A stretch of DNA of 64,000 bases from Oscillospiraceae bacterium (GTDB taxonomy: Bacteria > Bacillota > Clostridia > Oscillospirales > CAG-272), in NCBI GenBank assembly GCA_015063845.1, contig SVTJ01000007.1, positions 21,968 to 85,967 of the forward strand, read 5' to 3'. Of the stretch, positions 38,181 through 46,472 are shown one piece after another (position 1 is the stretch's first letter; each line of letters starts with the position of its first letter). Both the position numbers and the translations under genes were made by a program. A model generated the notes under the pieces. The model was not told the DNA's origin. It worked only from the letters and a program-made list of their open reading frames with translations, and ran no database searches.

Positions 38181-38506
38181 GTCAAATTAGGATTTGTCGG
38201 TGTGTTCGCACAGGCTTGCCGACGCTTGCGAGTGTTCCTCACTCTAAGAACTTTAACACAAAGAAATTATTATTTTTTTAATTGGGCTGAAAAACTCATT
38301 GTAGTGCAGAACGTTCAAATACCCATAAAACTCGTCGGTACGTAGGGTCCGACGAGTTTTTACCTCAGAGAAAAACAATAAAGTTATATATTTCCTATGG
38401 CTGTAACAATAACTATTTTGTTTTAAAGTTCTTGAAGGGAGTTTGAGGGAAGCTTCTTTCAAGAAGTTTCCCTCAAAAAAACGCGTCCCCGATAAATCCT
38501 AATTTA
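38181..38506. repeat. copy B of the palindromic intergenic repeat family (full element: Y arm, central bidirectional terminator hairpin, inverted X arm)
   Basis: Termini GTCAAATTAGGATTTGTCGG ... CCGATAAATCCTAATTTA, centre AAAACTCGTCGG-TACGTAGGGT-CCGACGAGTTTTT (38327-38361). Confidence 0.85.
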
Positions 38507-38525
38507 TCATATTTTTCAAAATTCC

Positions 38526-38830
38526 TTGACAAATATTTCTTTGTGTGATATAATACTTAATTGTAATAAACAAATGCTTTGACGAAGACAGTAGCGTAGA
38601 TGAGCGTTTTCAGAGAATCGGGGTATGGTGTGAGCCCGATATTCGCCGCTATGTGAATATCACTTCCGAGCTGCGTGGACGAAGCCGTTTTTTGGTGTGT
38701 AGTCTCCGACGGGACCGAGCCGTTATTTTCGGGACGTATGATGTACGTTTTAATGGGTGGTTTGTGAGCTTTCGTCCTATTAGCGGCGGAGCTTTTTTTA
38801 TTTTTAAATATAAACTCTAAAAGGAGAATT
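38526..38830 (+). promoter_or_regulatory. consensus sigma-A promoter plus a T-box-like leader of ileS
   Basis: TTGACA-17-TATAAT (38526-38554), and a roughly 270-nt structured leader with AGAGA and GGGTGG (T-box-like) elements. The canonical T-box and terminator are not cleanly resolved. Confidence 0.45.
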
Positions 38831-38833
38831 AAT

Positions 38834-41800
38834 ATGCTTTACAACAAGGTATCAACCAATCTGAGCTTCGTTGAGCGTGAAAAGAACACTGCAAACTTTT
38901 GGCGCGAGAACGATGTTGTCAGAAAGAATCTTGACAAGGCGGGAGAAACCTACACGTTCTACGACGGTCCTCCTACCGCAAACGGTAAGCCCCATATCGG
39001 TCACTTGCTCACACGTGCGATCAAGGATATGATCCCTCGCTATCAGGTAATGAAAGGCAAGTGTGTCACGCGAAAGGCCGGCTGGGATACTCACGGTCTC
39101 CCCGTTGAGCTTGAGGTCGAGAAGCTTCTCGGTCTTGACGGTAAGGAGCAGATCGAGCAGTACGGTCTTGAGCCGTTTATCGGCAAATGTAAGGAAAGCG
39201 TTTGGAAGTACAAGGGTATGTGGGAGGACTTCTCCGAGACCGTTGCATTCTGGGCGGATATGAAGGATCCTTACGTTACCTACGACAACAACTTCATCGA
39301 GTCCGAGTGGTGGGCTCTCAAGGAGATATACAACAAGGGACTGCTTTATAAGGGCTTCAAGATCGTCCCCTACTGCCCCCGTTGCGGTACTCCCTTGTCC
39401 AGCCACGAGGTAGCTCAGGGATATAAGGACGTCAAGGAAAAATCCGCTATCGCGAAGTTCCGCGTAAAGGGCAAGACAGACGAGTATATCCTCGCTTGGA
39501 CGACCACGCCTTGGACACTTCCCTCAAACGTAGCTCTCTGCGTAAACCCTGTTGAGACCTACGCAAAGATATCTGTCGGCGATGAGAAGTACATTCTCGC
39601 AGAGGCGCTCATTCCCTCTGTTATCTCCGATGAGTATACTGTTCTCGAAACTTACATCGGTAAGGACCTTGAGAGAATGGAATACGAGCCTCTCTTTGAC
39701 TTCGCAAAGCCGCAGAAGAAGGCGTTCTACGTTGTCTGCGACGGCTACGTAACGCTTACGGACGGTACAGGTATAGTTCATATCGCTCCCGCATTCGGTG
39801 AGGACGACTCCCGCGTCGGTCGCGAGTATGACCTTCCCTTCGTTCAGCTCGTCGACTCTCACGGCTGTATGACAAAGGAGACCGATTGGCCCGGTATGTT
39901 CTGCAAGGACGCGGACGCAGAGGTATTCAAGTCTCTTCGTGAAAAAGGCTTGCTCTTCAAGGCTCTTCCCTTTGAACACTCCTATCCCTTCTGCTGGAGA
40001 TGCGACACTCCCCTTATCTACTACGCTCGCGAGAGCTGGTTCATACGTATGACCGCAGTTCGCGACAGACTTGTTGCGAACAACAACACTATCAATTGGA
40101 TACCCGAGAGCATTGGTAAGGGACGCTTCGGCGACTGGATATGCAACGTTCAGGACTGGGGTATCAGCCGTAACCGTTATTGGGGTACTCCCCTTAACAT
40201 CTGGCAGTGTGAGTGCGGAGAGATGCACTCCGTAGGCTCTATCGCAGAGCTTCGCGAGCTTTCCGACAACTGCCCTGAGAACATTGAGCTTCACAGACCT
40301 TTCGTTGATAACGTAACCTTCAAGTGTAAGAAGTGCGGCGGCGAGATGCGCCGTGTTCCCGAGGTTATCGACTGCTGGTTCGACTCGGGTGCTATGCCCT
40401 TCGCTCAGTGGCACTATCCTTTTGAGAACAAGGATATATTCGAGAAGAACTTCCCTGCTGACTTTATCAGTGAGGCAGTTGACCAGACCAGAGGTTGGTT
40501 CTATTCGCTTCTCGCTATCTCCACGCTTCTCTTTGACAAAGCTCCCTACAAGAACGTAATAGTTCTCGGTCTTGTTCAGGACGAGAACGGACAGAAGATG
40601 TCCAAGTCCAAGGGCAACGCTGTAGACCCCTTTGAGGCTCTCGCTAAGTACGGCGCAGATGCTCTCCGTTGGTACTTCTATTCCAACAGCGCTCCTTGGC
40701 TGCCCAGCCGTTTCTACGGCGACGCTGTCGTTGACTGTCAGAGAAAGTTCCTCGGAACGCTCTGGAACACATATGCGTTCTTCGTTCTTTATGCAAACAT
40801 CGACGATTTCGATGCTACAAAGTACACGCTCGACAAGGAAAAGCTCTCCGTTATGGACAAGTGGTTGCTCTCTCGCCTTAACACGGTAGTCCGCGAGTGC
40901 GACCAGCTTTACAGCGAGATGAAGATAGTTGAGACCACCAAAGTACTTGAGAAGTTTGTTGACGAGCTCTCCAACTGGTACGTTCGTCGTTCACGTGAGC
41001 GTTTCTGGGGCAAGGATATGACCGAGGACAAGATAAACGCTTATATGACGCTTTACACCGTTCTCGTTACTATCGCAAAGGTCTCTGCTCCTATGATACC
41101 CTTTATGTCCGAGGATATCTACCGCAATCTCGTTTGCTCCATTGACAAGGATGCGCCCATAAGCGTTCACCTCTCCGACTTCCCCGTATGTGACGAGTCT
41201 TACATCGACGCGGAGCTTGAGGAGATGATGAAGGACGTGCTTGATATCGTCGTTCTCGGACGCGCAGGCAGAAACGCAGCTGCTATCAAGAACCGTCAGC
41301 CCATAGGCAAGATGTACGTCAAGGCAGACTTCACCATGTCGGAGCTTTACACCGATATCATTGAGGACGAGCTTAACGTAAAGTCCGTTGAATTCACAGA
41401 CAACGTAAGCGCATTCTCAAGCTACAGCTTCAAGCCTCAGATGAGAACTGTTGGACCGAAGTACGGCAAGTATCTCGGCAAGATCAAGGAGCTTCTCGCC
41501 GCTGTTGACGGCAACGCCGCTATGGCAGAGCTTGAGACAAACGGAGTGCTCTCACTCGATCTTGGAGACGGAACAGTCGCAAAGCTTGAGCGTGACGATC
41601 TTCTTATCGACGTCAAGCAGATCGAAGGCTACCTCTCTACAAGTGATTACGGTGTGACCGTGGTGCTTGACACCAACCTCACCGAAGAGCTTATCGAAGA
41701 GGGTATCGTCCGTGAGCTTGTAAGTAAGATACAGAATATGCGTAAGGATAGCGGATTTGAGGTCATGGACCACATCGTTATCACCATCGGCGGCAGCGAA

Positions 41801-41938
41801 CGCGTAAGCGATATTCTCCGCCGCAACGCAGAGGAGATCTGCACACAGACTCTTGCAGACAACGTCGTATATGCCGACGGTGGCAAGGAATGGAACATAA
41901 ACGGCGAGACCGTTTCCCTTTCCGTTGCAAAGGTTTAA
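38834..41938 (+). CDS. ileS: isoleucine--tRNA ligase, type 2 (1034 aa, no C-terminal zinc finger)
   Basis: HIGH (GKPHIGHLLT), KMSKS (KMSKSKGN), editing-domain blocks, and a long type-2 C-terminal extension. Confidence 0.95.
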   Translation: MLYNKVSTNLSFVEREKNTANFWRENDVVRKNLDKAGETYTFYDGPPTANGKPHIGHLLTRAIKDMIPRYQVMKGKCVTRKAGWDTHGLPVELEVEKLLGLDGKEQIEQYGLEPFIGKCKESVWKYKGMWEDFSETVAFWADMKDPYVTYDNNFIESEWWALKEIYNKGLLYKGFKIVPYCPRCGTPLSSHEVAQGYKDVKEKSAIAKFRVKGKTDEYILAWTTTPWTLPSNVALCVNPVETYAKISVGDEKYILAEALIPSVISDEYTVLETYIGKDLERMEYEPLFDFAKPQKKAFYVVCDGYVTLTDGTGIVHIAPAFGEDDSRVGREYDLPFVQLVDSHGCMTKETDWPGMFCKDADAEVFKSLREKGLLFKALPFEHSYPFCWRCDTPLIYYARESWFIRMTAVRDRLVANNNTINWIPESIGKGRFGDWICNVQDWGISRNRYWGTPLNIWQCECGEMHSVGSIAELRELSDNCPENIELHRPFVDNVTFKCKKCGGEMRRVPEVIDCWFDSGAMPFAQWHYPFENKDIFEKNFPADFISEAVDQTRGWFYSLLAISTLLFDKAPYKNVIVLGLVQDENGQKMSKSKGNAVDPFEALAKYGADALRWYFYSNSAPWLPSRFYGDAVVDCQRKFLGTLWNTYAFFVLYANIDDFDATKYTLDKEKLSVMDKWLLSRLNTVVRECDQLYSEMKIVETTKVLEKFVDELSNWYVRRSRERFWGKDMTEDKINAYMTLYTVLVTIAKVSAPMIPFMSEDIYRNLVCSIDKDAPISVHLSDFPVCDESYIDAELEEMMKDVLDIVVLGRAGRNAAAIKNRQPIGKMYVKADFTMSELYTDIIEDELNVKSVEFTDNVSAFSSYSFKPQMRTVGPKYGKYLGKIKELLAAVDGNAAMAELETNGVLSLDLGDGTVAKLERDDLLIDVKQIEGYLSTSDYGVTVVLDTNLTEELIEEGIVRELVSKIQNMRKDSGFEVMDHIVITIGGSERVSDILRRNAEEICTQTLADNVVYADGGKEWNINGETVSLSVAKV

Positions 41939-41950
41939 GAATACGTTTTT

Positions 41951-41988
41951 TAGGGGAACTTCTTCCAAGAAGTTCCCCTAAATTTTTG
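41951..41988 (+). terminator. intrinsic terminator of ileS, using the same hairpin sequence found inside the repeat family
   Basis: TAGGGGAACTTCTT-CC-AAGAAGTTCCCCTA followed by AATTTTTG. Confidence 0.8.
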
Positions 41989-41996
41989 TTTGTGAG

Positions 41997-42326
41997 GTAA
42001 ATTAGGATTTATCGGGGACGCGTTTTTTTGAGGGACGCGTTTTTTTTGAGGGAAACTTCTTGAAAGAAGTTTCCCTCAAACTCCCTTCAAGAACTTTAAA
42101 ACAAAATAGTTATTGTTACAGCCATAGGAAATATATAACTTTATTGTTTTTCTCTGAGGTAAAAACTCGTCGGACCCTACGTACCGACGAGTTTTATGGG
42201 TATTTGAACGTTCTGCACTACAATGAGTTTTTCAGCCCAATTAAAAAAACAATAATTTCTTTGTGTTAAAGTTCTTAGAGGGGAATACTCGCAAGCCTGT
42301 GCGAACTCCCCGATAAATCCTAATTT
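41997..42326. repeat. copy C of the palindromic repeat family (full element, inverted relative to copy B; internal 17-bp tandem duplication GACGCGTTTTTTTGAGG)
   Basis: Termini GGTAAATTAGGATTTATCGGGG ... CCCCGATAAATCCTAATTTA, central hairpin at 42162-42195. Confidence 0.85.
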
Positions 42327-42347
42327 AAAAATTTTTTTCAAACCCTA

Positions 42348-42376
42348 TTGACAAAGGTAGGAAAATAGTGTATAAT
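42348..42376 (+). promoter_or_regulatory. feo upstream promoter P1 (TTGACA-17-TATAAT)
   Basis: Exact consensus hexamers. Confidence 0.6.
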
Positions 42377-42382
42377 AATTAC

Positions 42383-42400
42383 AGTTAGCATACGCTAACT
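42383..42400. promoter_or_regulatory. operator-like palindrome 1 (AGTTAGC-ATAC-GCTAACT) at +1 of P1
   Basis: Perfect 7-4-7 inverted repeat, 7 nt downstream of the -10. Confidence 0.5.
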
Positions 42401-42438
42401 CGTATCAGTGAGTATTAAGAGGCAATACCCTCTTGTCC

Positions 42439-42486
42439 ATCGGATCGTCGTTTTCCGTTTTTCGGCGATCCGATTTTAATTTTTTC
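42439..42486 (+). terminator. hairpin plus T-run ending a short P1 transcript (leader or sRNA)
   Basis: ATCGGATCG-(18-nt loop)-CGATCCGAT followed by TTTTAATTTTTT. Confidence 0.45.
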
Positions 42487-42567
42487 AACAAAAAATATAA
42501 AAAAAGATACACCAAGCTTTTCCTTGTATCGATTTTTAACAAACATAATAAAAATTTCCAAAAAGTC

Positions 42568-42596
42568 TTGACAAAGCTTTTGAATAGCGGTATAAT
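42568..42596 (+). promoter_or_regulatory. feo promoter P2 (TTGACA-17-TATAAT)
   Basis: Exact consensus hexamers, about 60 nt upstream of feoA. Confidence 0.65.
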
Positions 42597-42602
42597 ACTT
42601 AA

Positions 42603-42620
42603 GGTTAGTTGAGGCTAACT
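42603..42620. promoter_or_regulatory. operator-like palindrome 2 (GGTTAGT-TGAG-GCTAACT) at +1 of P2
   Basis: Same half-sites as palindrome 1, at the same position relative to the -10. Confidence 0.45.
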
Positions 42621-42655
42621 CATTCACTATTATATATTTGTTTAGGAGAATTTCT

Positions 42656-42868
42656 ATGAATTTGCGTGCTGCAGAGGAAGGAAAAGAATATATAATCAAG
42701 AGCATCGAAACAGACGATGAAGAGCTTGACGCTTTTCTCTTCTCTCTCGGTTGTTATAGTGGAGAGCCTATCACTGTCATAGCTCATAAAAAAGGCGGAT
42801 GTATCGTTTCTATTAAAGATGGACGCTACAACATCGACAAGGATCTCGCTGAGGCTATAATTATTTAA
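42656..42868 (+). CDS. feoA: ferrous iron transport protein A
   Basis: 70-aa SH3-like FeoA, AGGAG RBS, upstream of feoB. Confidence 0.85.
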   Translation: MNLRAAEEGKEYIIKSIETDDEELDAFLFSLGCYSGEPITVIAHKKGGCIVSIKDGRYNIDKDLAEAIII

Positions 42869-42901
42869 AAATAATCCAAACGGATTATTTTTTTGAACAG
42901 C

Positions 42902-42919
42902 GGTTAGCCACCGCTAACT
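42902..42919. promoter_or_regulatory. operator-like palindrome 3 (GGTTAGC-CACC-GCTAACT) between feoA and feoB
   Basis: Third copy of the rGTTAGy-N4-GCTAACT motif. Confidence 0.45.
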
Positions 42920-42987
42920 TCGCTTTTCGTGTTTTAACAGCAACATCTGTAAAATAAATCATCTATCATTCTCAAGGAGGAACAACA

Positions 42988-45057
42988 ATGAGAATTGCTC
43001 TTGCGGGCAACCCCAACAGCGGAAAGACCACAATGTTCAACGCTCTTACGGGCAAGAACGAGAAGGTCGGAAACTGGGCGGGCGTCACAGTTGACAAAAA
43101 AGAACACCCCATCAAAAAGAGCTTGTACAAAGGAGAACACGAGCTCATCGCGGTAGACCTTCCCGGTGCGTATTCTATGTCTCCCTTCACATCTGAGGAA
43201 AGTATCACAAGCTCTTACGTAAAAAATGAAAGCCCCGATGCTATCATCAACATCGTTGACTCCACAAACCTCAGCCGAAGCCTGTTCTTCACAACTCAGC
43301 TTCTCGAGCTCGGTATTCCCGTTGTAGTCGCGCTCAACAAGGACGACATCAATCAGAAGAAGGACAACAAGATAGACGAAAAGCTTCTTTCCGAAAAACT
43401 TGGCTGTCCCGTTTTCCACACAACGTCAACATCAGGCAAGGGACTTAAGGAAGTCGTTGCCGCTGCTGTTGAATCTCTTGGCAAGAGCCAAAGTGCTCCT
43501 TACGTACAGGGAGATATCGACCTTACTAACAAGACTGCTGTCGTTGAGGCTGACAAAAAGCGTTTTAATTTTGTAAACGAAGTCGTTGCCGCTGTTGAGA
43601 CAAGAACAGTTCTCACCAAGAACAAGAACTTCCAGGACAAGATCGATGCGGTTCTTACCAACAAGTGGGCAGGCATTCCAATATTTGCCGTTGTTATGTT
43701 TCTCGTATTCCAGATCTCTCAGGCTTGGCTCGGCCCTTGGATAGCAGAGGGCTATGAATTCGAGAACGGATTTACTATTCCGGGTCTTGTTACACTCATC
43801 GAGATGTTCGGTGAATGGGTAGGCGGACTTATGGAAAACGCTAATCCCCTTCTCACCTCTATAATCGTTGACGGTATTATAGGCGGTGTCGGAGCGGTCG
43901 TTGGCTTCCTTCCCCTCGTAATGGTAATGTACTTCCTCATCGCTCTCCTTGAGGACTGCGGATATATGGCAAGAGCTACCGTTGTACTCGACCCCATCTT
44001 CAAGAAGGTCGGTCTTTCGGGTAAGTCGGTAATTCCCTTCGTTATAGGCACGGGATGCGCTATCCCGGGCGTTATGGCTTGCCGTACGATACGTAACGAG
44101 CGTGAGCGCAGAGCGACTGCAATGCTTGCTCCCTTTATGCCCTGTGGCGCGAAGCTCCCCGTTATCGCTCTCTTTGCGGGCGCGTTCTTCTCCGACTCCA
44201 CCTGGGTTGGAACAGCAATGTATTTTGCAGGTATAGTCATTATATTCTTCTGTGCGCTTCTCATAAACAAGCTCACAGGTCACAAGGCAAGAAAATCCTT
44301 CTTTATCATAGAGCTTCCCGAGTATAAAGCTCCCAGCTTTCCCAAAGCGCTTCTCTCAATGTGCCAGCGCGGTTGGGCTTACATAGTTAAGGCAGGAACG
44401 ATAATCCTCGTTTGTAACTTCGTAGTTCAGCTTATGCAGACATTTGCTTGGAACTTCCAGCCTGCCGAGGATGCAAGTCAGTCTATCCTCGCGACAGTCG
44501 CTACACCCTTTGCTTACATCTTTGCTCCTATCGTCGGAGTTGTTGCTTGGCAGCTTGCGGCAGCAGCTATCACAGGCTTTATCGCTAAGGAAAACGTTGT
44601 TGGTACTCTCGCTGTTTGCTTCGTAGGTCTTGAAAATCTCATCGACACAGAAGAGCTCGCTCTTATGGAGGGTGCAGGCGCTGAGGTTGCGGCAGTATTC
44701 GCAATATCCAAGGTTGCCGCTCTCGCTTATCTTTGTTTCAACCTTTTCACTCCCCCTTGCTTTGCAGCTATCGGCGCTATGAACTCCGAGATCAAGAGCA
44801 AAAAGTGGCTGTTCGCAGGTATCGGACTTCAGTTCGGTGTGGGCTACTCCGTAGGCTTCCTCATATACTTCTTCGGCTCTATCTTCACGGGCGCATTCAG
44901 CACAGCATTCAATTCCATCTGGATGCCTATCGTAGGCTGGACTATCGTTGGTGTATTCGCGGCTGTACTCGTTGTTCTCATCATAAGAAAGAACAAGCAG
45001 CTCAAGGACGAGTATGCTCTTAAGGGAACTAAAGAAAAAGAAAAAGTAAACGCTTGA
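42988..45057 (+). CDS. feoB: ferrous iron transporter B
   Basis: N-terminal G-domain (GNPNSGKTTMFNALTG) and a polytopic C-terminal gate domain, 689 aa. Confidence 0.95.
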   Translation: MRIALAGNPNSGKTTMFNALTGKNEKVGNWAGVTVDKKEHPIKKSLYKGEHELIAVDLPGAYSMSPFTSEESITSSYVKNESPDAIINIVDSTNLSRSLFFTTQLLELGIPVVVALNKDDINQKKDNKIDEKLLSEKLGCPVFHTTSTSGKGLKEVVAAAVESLGKSQSAPYVQGDIDLTNKTAVVEADKKRFNFVNEVVAAVETRTVLTKNKNFQDKIDAVLTNKWAGIPIFAVVMFLVFQISQAWLGPWIAEGYEFENGFTIPGLVTLIEMFGEWVGGLMENANPLLTSIIVDGIIGGVGAVVGFLPLVMVMYFLIALLEDCGYMARATVVLDPIFKKVGLSGKSVIPFVIGTGCAIPGVMACRTIRNERERRATAMLAPFMPCGAKLPVIALFAGAFFSDSTWVGTAMYFAGIVIIFFCALLINKLTGHKARKSFFIIELPEYKAPSFPKALLSMCQRGWAYIVKAGTIILVCNFVVQLMQTFAWNFQPAEDASQSILATVATPFAYIFAPIVGVVAWQLAAAAITGFIAKENVVGTLAVCFVGLENLIDTEELALMEGAGAEVAAVFAISKVAALAYLCFNLFTPPCFAAIGAMNSEIKSKKWLFAGIGLQFGVGYSVGFLIYFFGSIFTGAFSTAFNSIWMPIVGWTIVGVFAAVLVVLIIRKNKQLKDEYALKGTKEKEKVNA

Positions 45058-45070
45058 TCAGGAGGTCAAA

Positions 45071-45259
45071 ATGATAGATATTATCGTGATTGCCGTGATA
45101 GTTTTGATAGTTGGCGCAGCAGTTGCGTACATTATCAAGGCCAAAAAGAGCGGCAAAAAATGCATCGGCTGTCCCGATGGTTGCAGCTGTGGCAAAAGCA
45201 AAAATAGCGGTGACTGTTCAAGCGGTTGCTGTGAATGTCAAGGAAAAGAAGACAAATAA
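45071..45259 (+). CDS. FeoB-associated Cys-rich small membrane protein
   Basis: One TM helix and a CIGCPDGCSCG...CSSGCCEC tail, directly after feoB. Confidence 0.75.
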   Translation: MIDIIVIAVIVLIVGAAVAYIIKAKKSGKKCIGCPDGCSCGKSKNSGDCSSGCCECQGKEDK

Positions 45260-45355
45260 TCGACATTTTTCGTATGAATTTCACAAAACATCTTGACATA
45301 TAATGAAATAGGTTGTATAATATTTATGTAATCTATTTTTAGAAAGGATATCACT

Positions 45356-45592
45356 ATGAAAACAGTTGCAAAAGTATTTATCATCCTCGGTATGATTTTC
45401 CAGTGCTGGCTTATATTCCCACTGGTTCTCGGATTTATCGCATTGAAGAAGCTTAAGAATGCTCAATCCAGAGCGGACTTCTCCATTGGATTTTCCGTTG
45501 TAGTGCTTCTGCTCGTCAACCTTATTGCAGGAATCGTACTTCTTTGCATGAAGGATAAGGATTTCGCAGACGCTCCCAAGACTGAGGAGTAA
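45356..45592 (+). CDS. small two-TM membrane protein (78 aa), function unknown
   Basis: Own promoter (TTGACA...TGTATAAT), an RBS, and a downstream terminator. Confidence 0.5.
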   Translation: MKTVAKVFIILGMIFQCWLIFPLVLGFIALKKLKNAQSRADFSIGFSVVVLLLVNLIAGIVLLCMKDKDFADAPKTEE

Positions 45593-45607
45593 TTCTTAAA
45601 AACATAA

Positions 45608-45640
45608 AAAGCAGATAGCAATGCTATCTGCTTTTTTCAT
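45608..45640. terminator. bidirectional terminator (small ORF / rpsR)
   Basis: AAAAAGCAGATAGCA-ATG-CTATCTGCTTTTTT. Confidence 0.8.
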
Positions 45641-45692
45641 TAGTATACAAAAAATGCGTGGTGCTCTTTTGAACACCACGCGTTTTTTATTT

Positions 45693-45953
45693 TTAGTCTG
45701 TAACGTAAGGAAGAAGAGCGACCTGTCTTGCACGCTTGATAGCTGTGTTGAGCTCTCTCTGGTGCTTAGAGCAAGTACCGGAAATTCTTCTGGGAAGGAT
45801 CTTTCCGCGCTCACTGATGAACTTACGAAGCTTTGCAGAATCCTTGTAGTCGATGAAGTCTACCTTATCTGCACAGAAAATGCAAACCTTTTTTCTTCTG
45901 CGCACCATAGGACGGGGCGCACGAACAGCTGCTTCTGTCTTATTGTTATCCAT
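45693..45953 (-). CDS. rpsR: 30S ribosomal protein S18
   Basis: [38 protein letters not shown]... Confidence 0.95.
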   Translation of the reverse strand: MDNNKTEAAVRAPRPMVRRRKKVCIFCADKVDFIDYKDSAKLRKFISERGKILPRRISGTCSKHQRELNTAIKRARQVALLPYVTD

Positions 45954-45989
45954 GATAAAAACCTCCTGTTAATTTTGTTGATGTACAAC

Positions 45990-46451
45990 TCAGAACGGCA
46001 GATCGTCGTCTGTGTTGTGGTCCTCAAAGTTAGGAGCTGAGCCTGCGTTTGAGGAATAGGACGGAGCCGTACCGTAAGCGTCGGTGGTATAGGGCTGATT
46101 ATTTCCGCCTTCACTGCGGGACTCTACGAAGGCAGCCTCATCAGCTACTACTTCGGTTACGTAACGCTTCTGACCCTGCTGGTCCTGCCAGGTTCTGGTC
46201 TGAATGCTTCCTGTTACGCAAATTGCGGAGCCCTTTCTGAAATACTTGGAAATAAACTCAGCGGTCTGTCTCCACGCAACTACGTTGATGAAATCCGCCT
46301 GTCTTTCTCCCTGCTCGCTGTTCTTAGATACGTAGCCGCGATTTACAGCTATCGTAAAGCTGAGCACGGAAATACCCGAGGTAGTCTGCTTGAGTTCAGG
46401 GTCAGCAGTTATTCTACCTGCAAGAACGACCTTGTTCAAGTTAAGCGACAT
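45990..46451 (-). CDS. ssb: single-stranded DNA-binding protein
   Basis: OB-fold N-domain, a Gly/Asn/Ser-rich linker, and the C-terminal DDDLPF tail. Confidence 0.95.
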   Translation of the reverse strand: MSLNLNKVVLAGRITADPELKQTTSGISVLSFTIAVNRGYVSKNSEQGERQADFINVVAWRQTAEFISKYFRKGSAICVTGSIQTRTWQDQQGQKRYVTEVVADEAAFVESRSEGGNNQPYTTDAYGTAPSYSSNAGSAPNFEDHNTDDDLPF

Positions 46452-46472
46452 AATATACCTCCTTAAGTGTGA

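Noticed and set aside
38253-38462. 69-aa ORFs (38253-38462 minus strand, and the near-identical 42060-42269 plus strand) lying entirely inside repeat copies B and C
   Set aside because: They span the central terminator hairpin and the inverted arms of a palindromic non-coding repeat. Their conservation is explained by the DNA-level repeat, and they have no RBS or sensible composition, so they were not called as genes.
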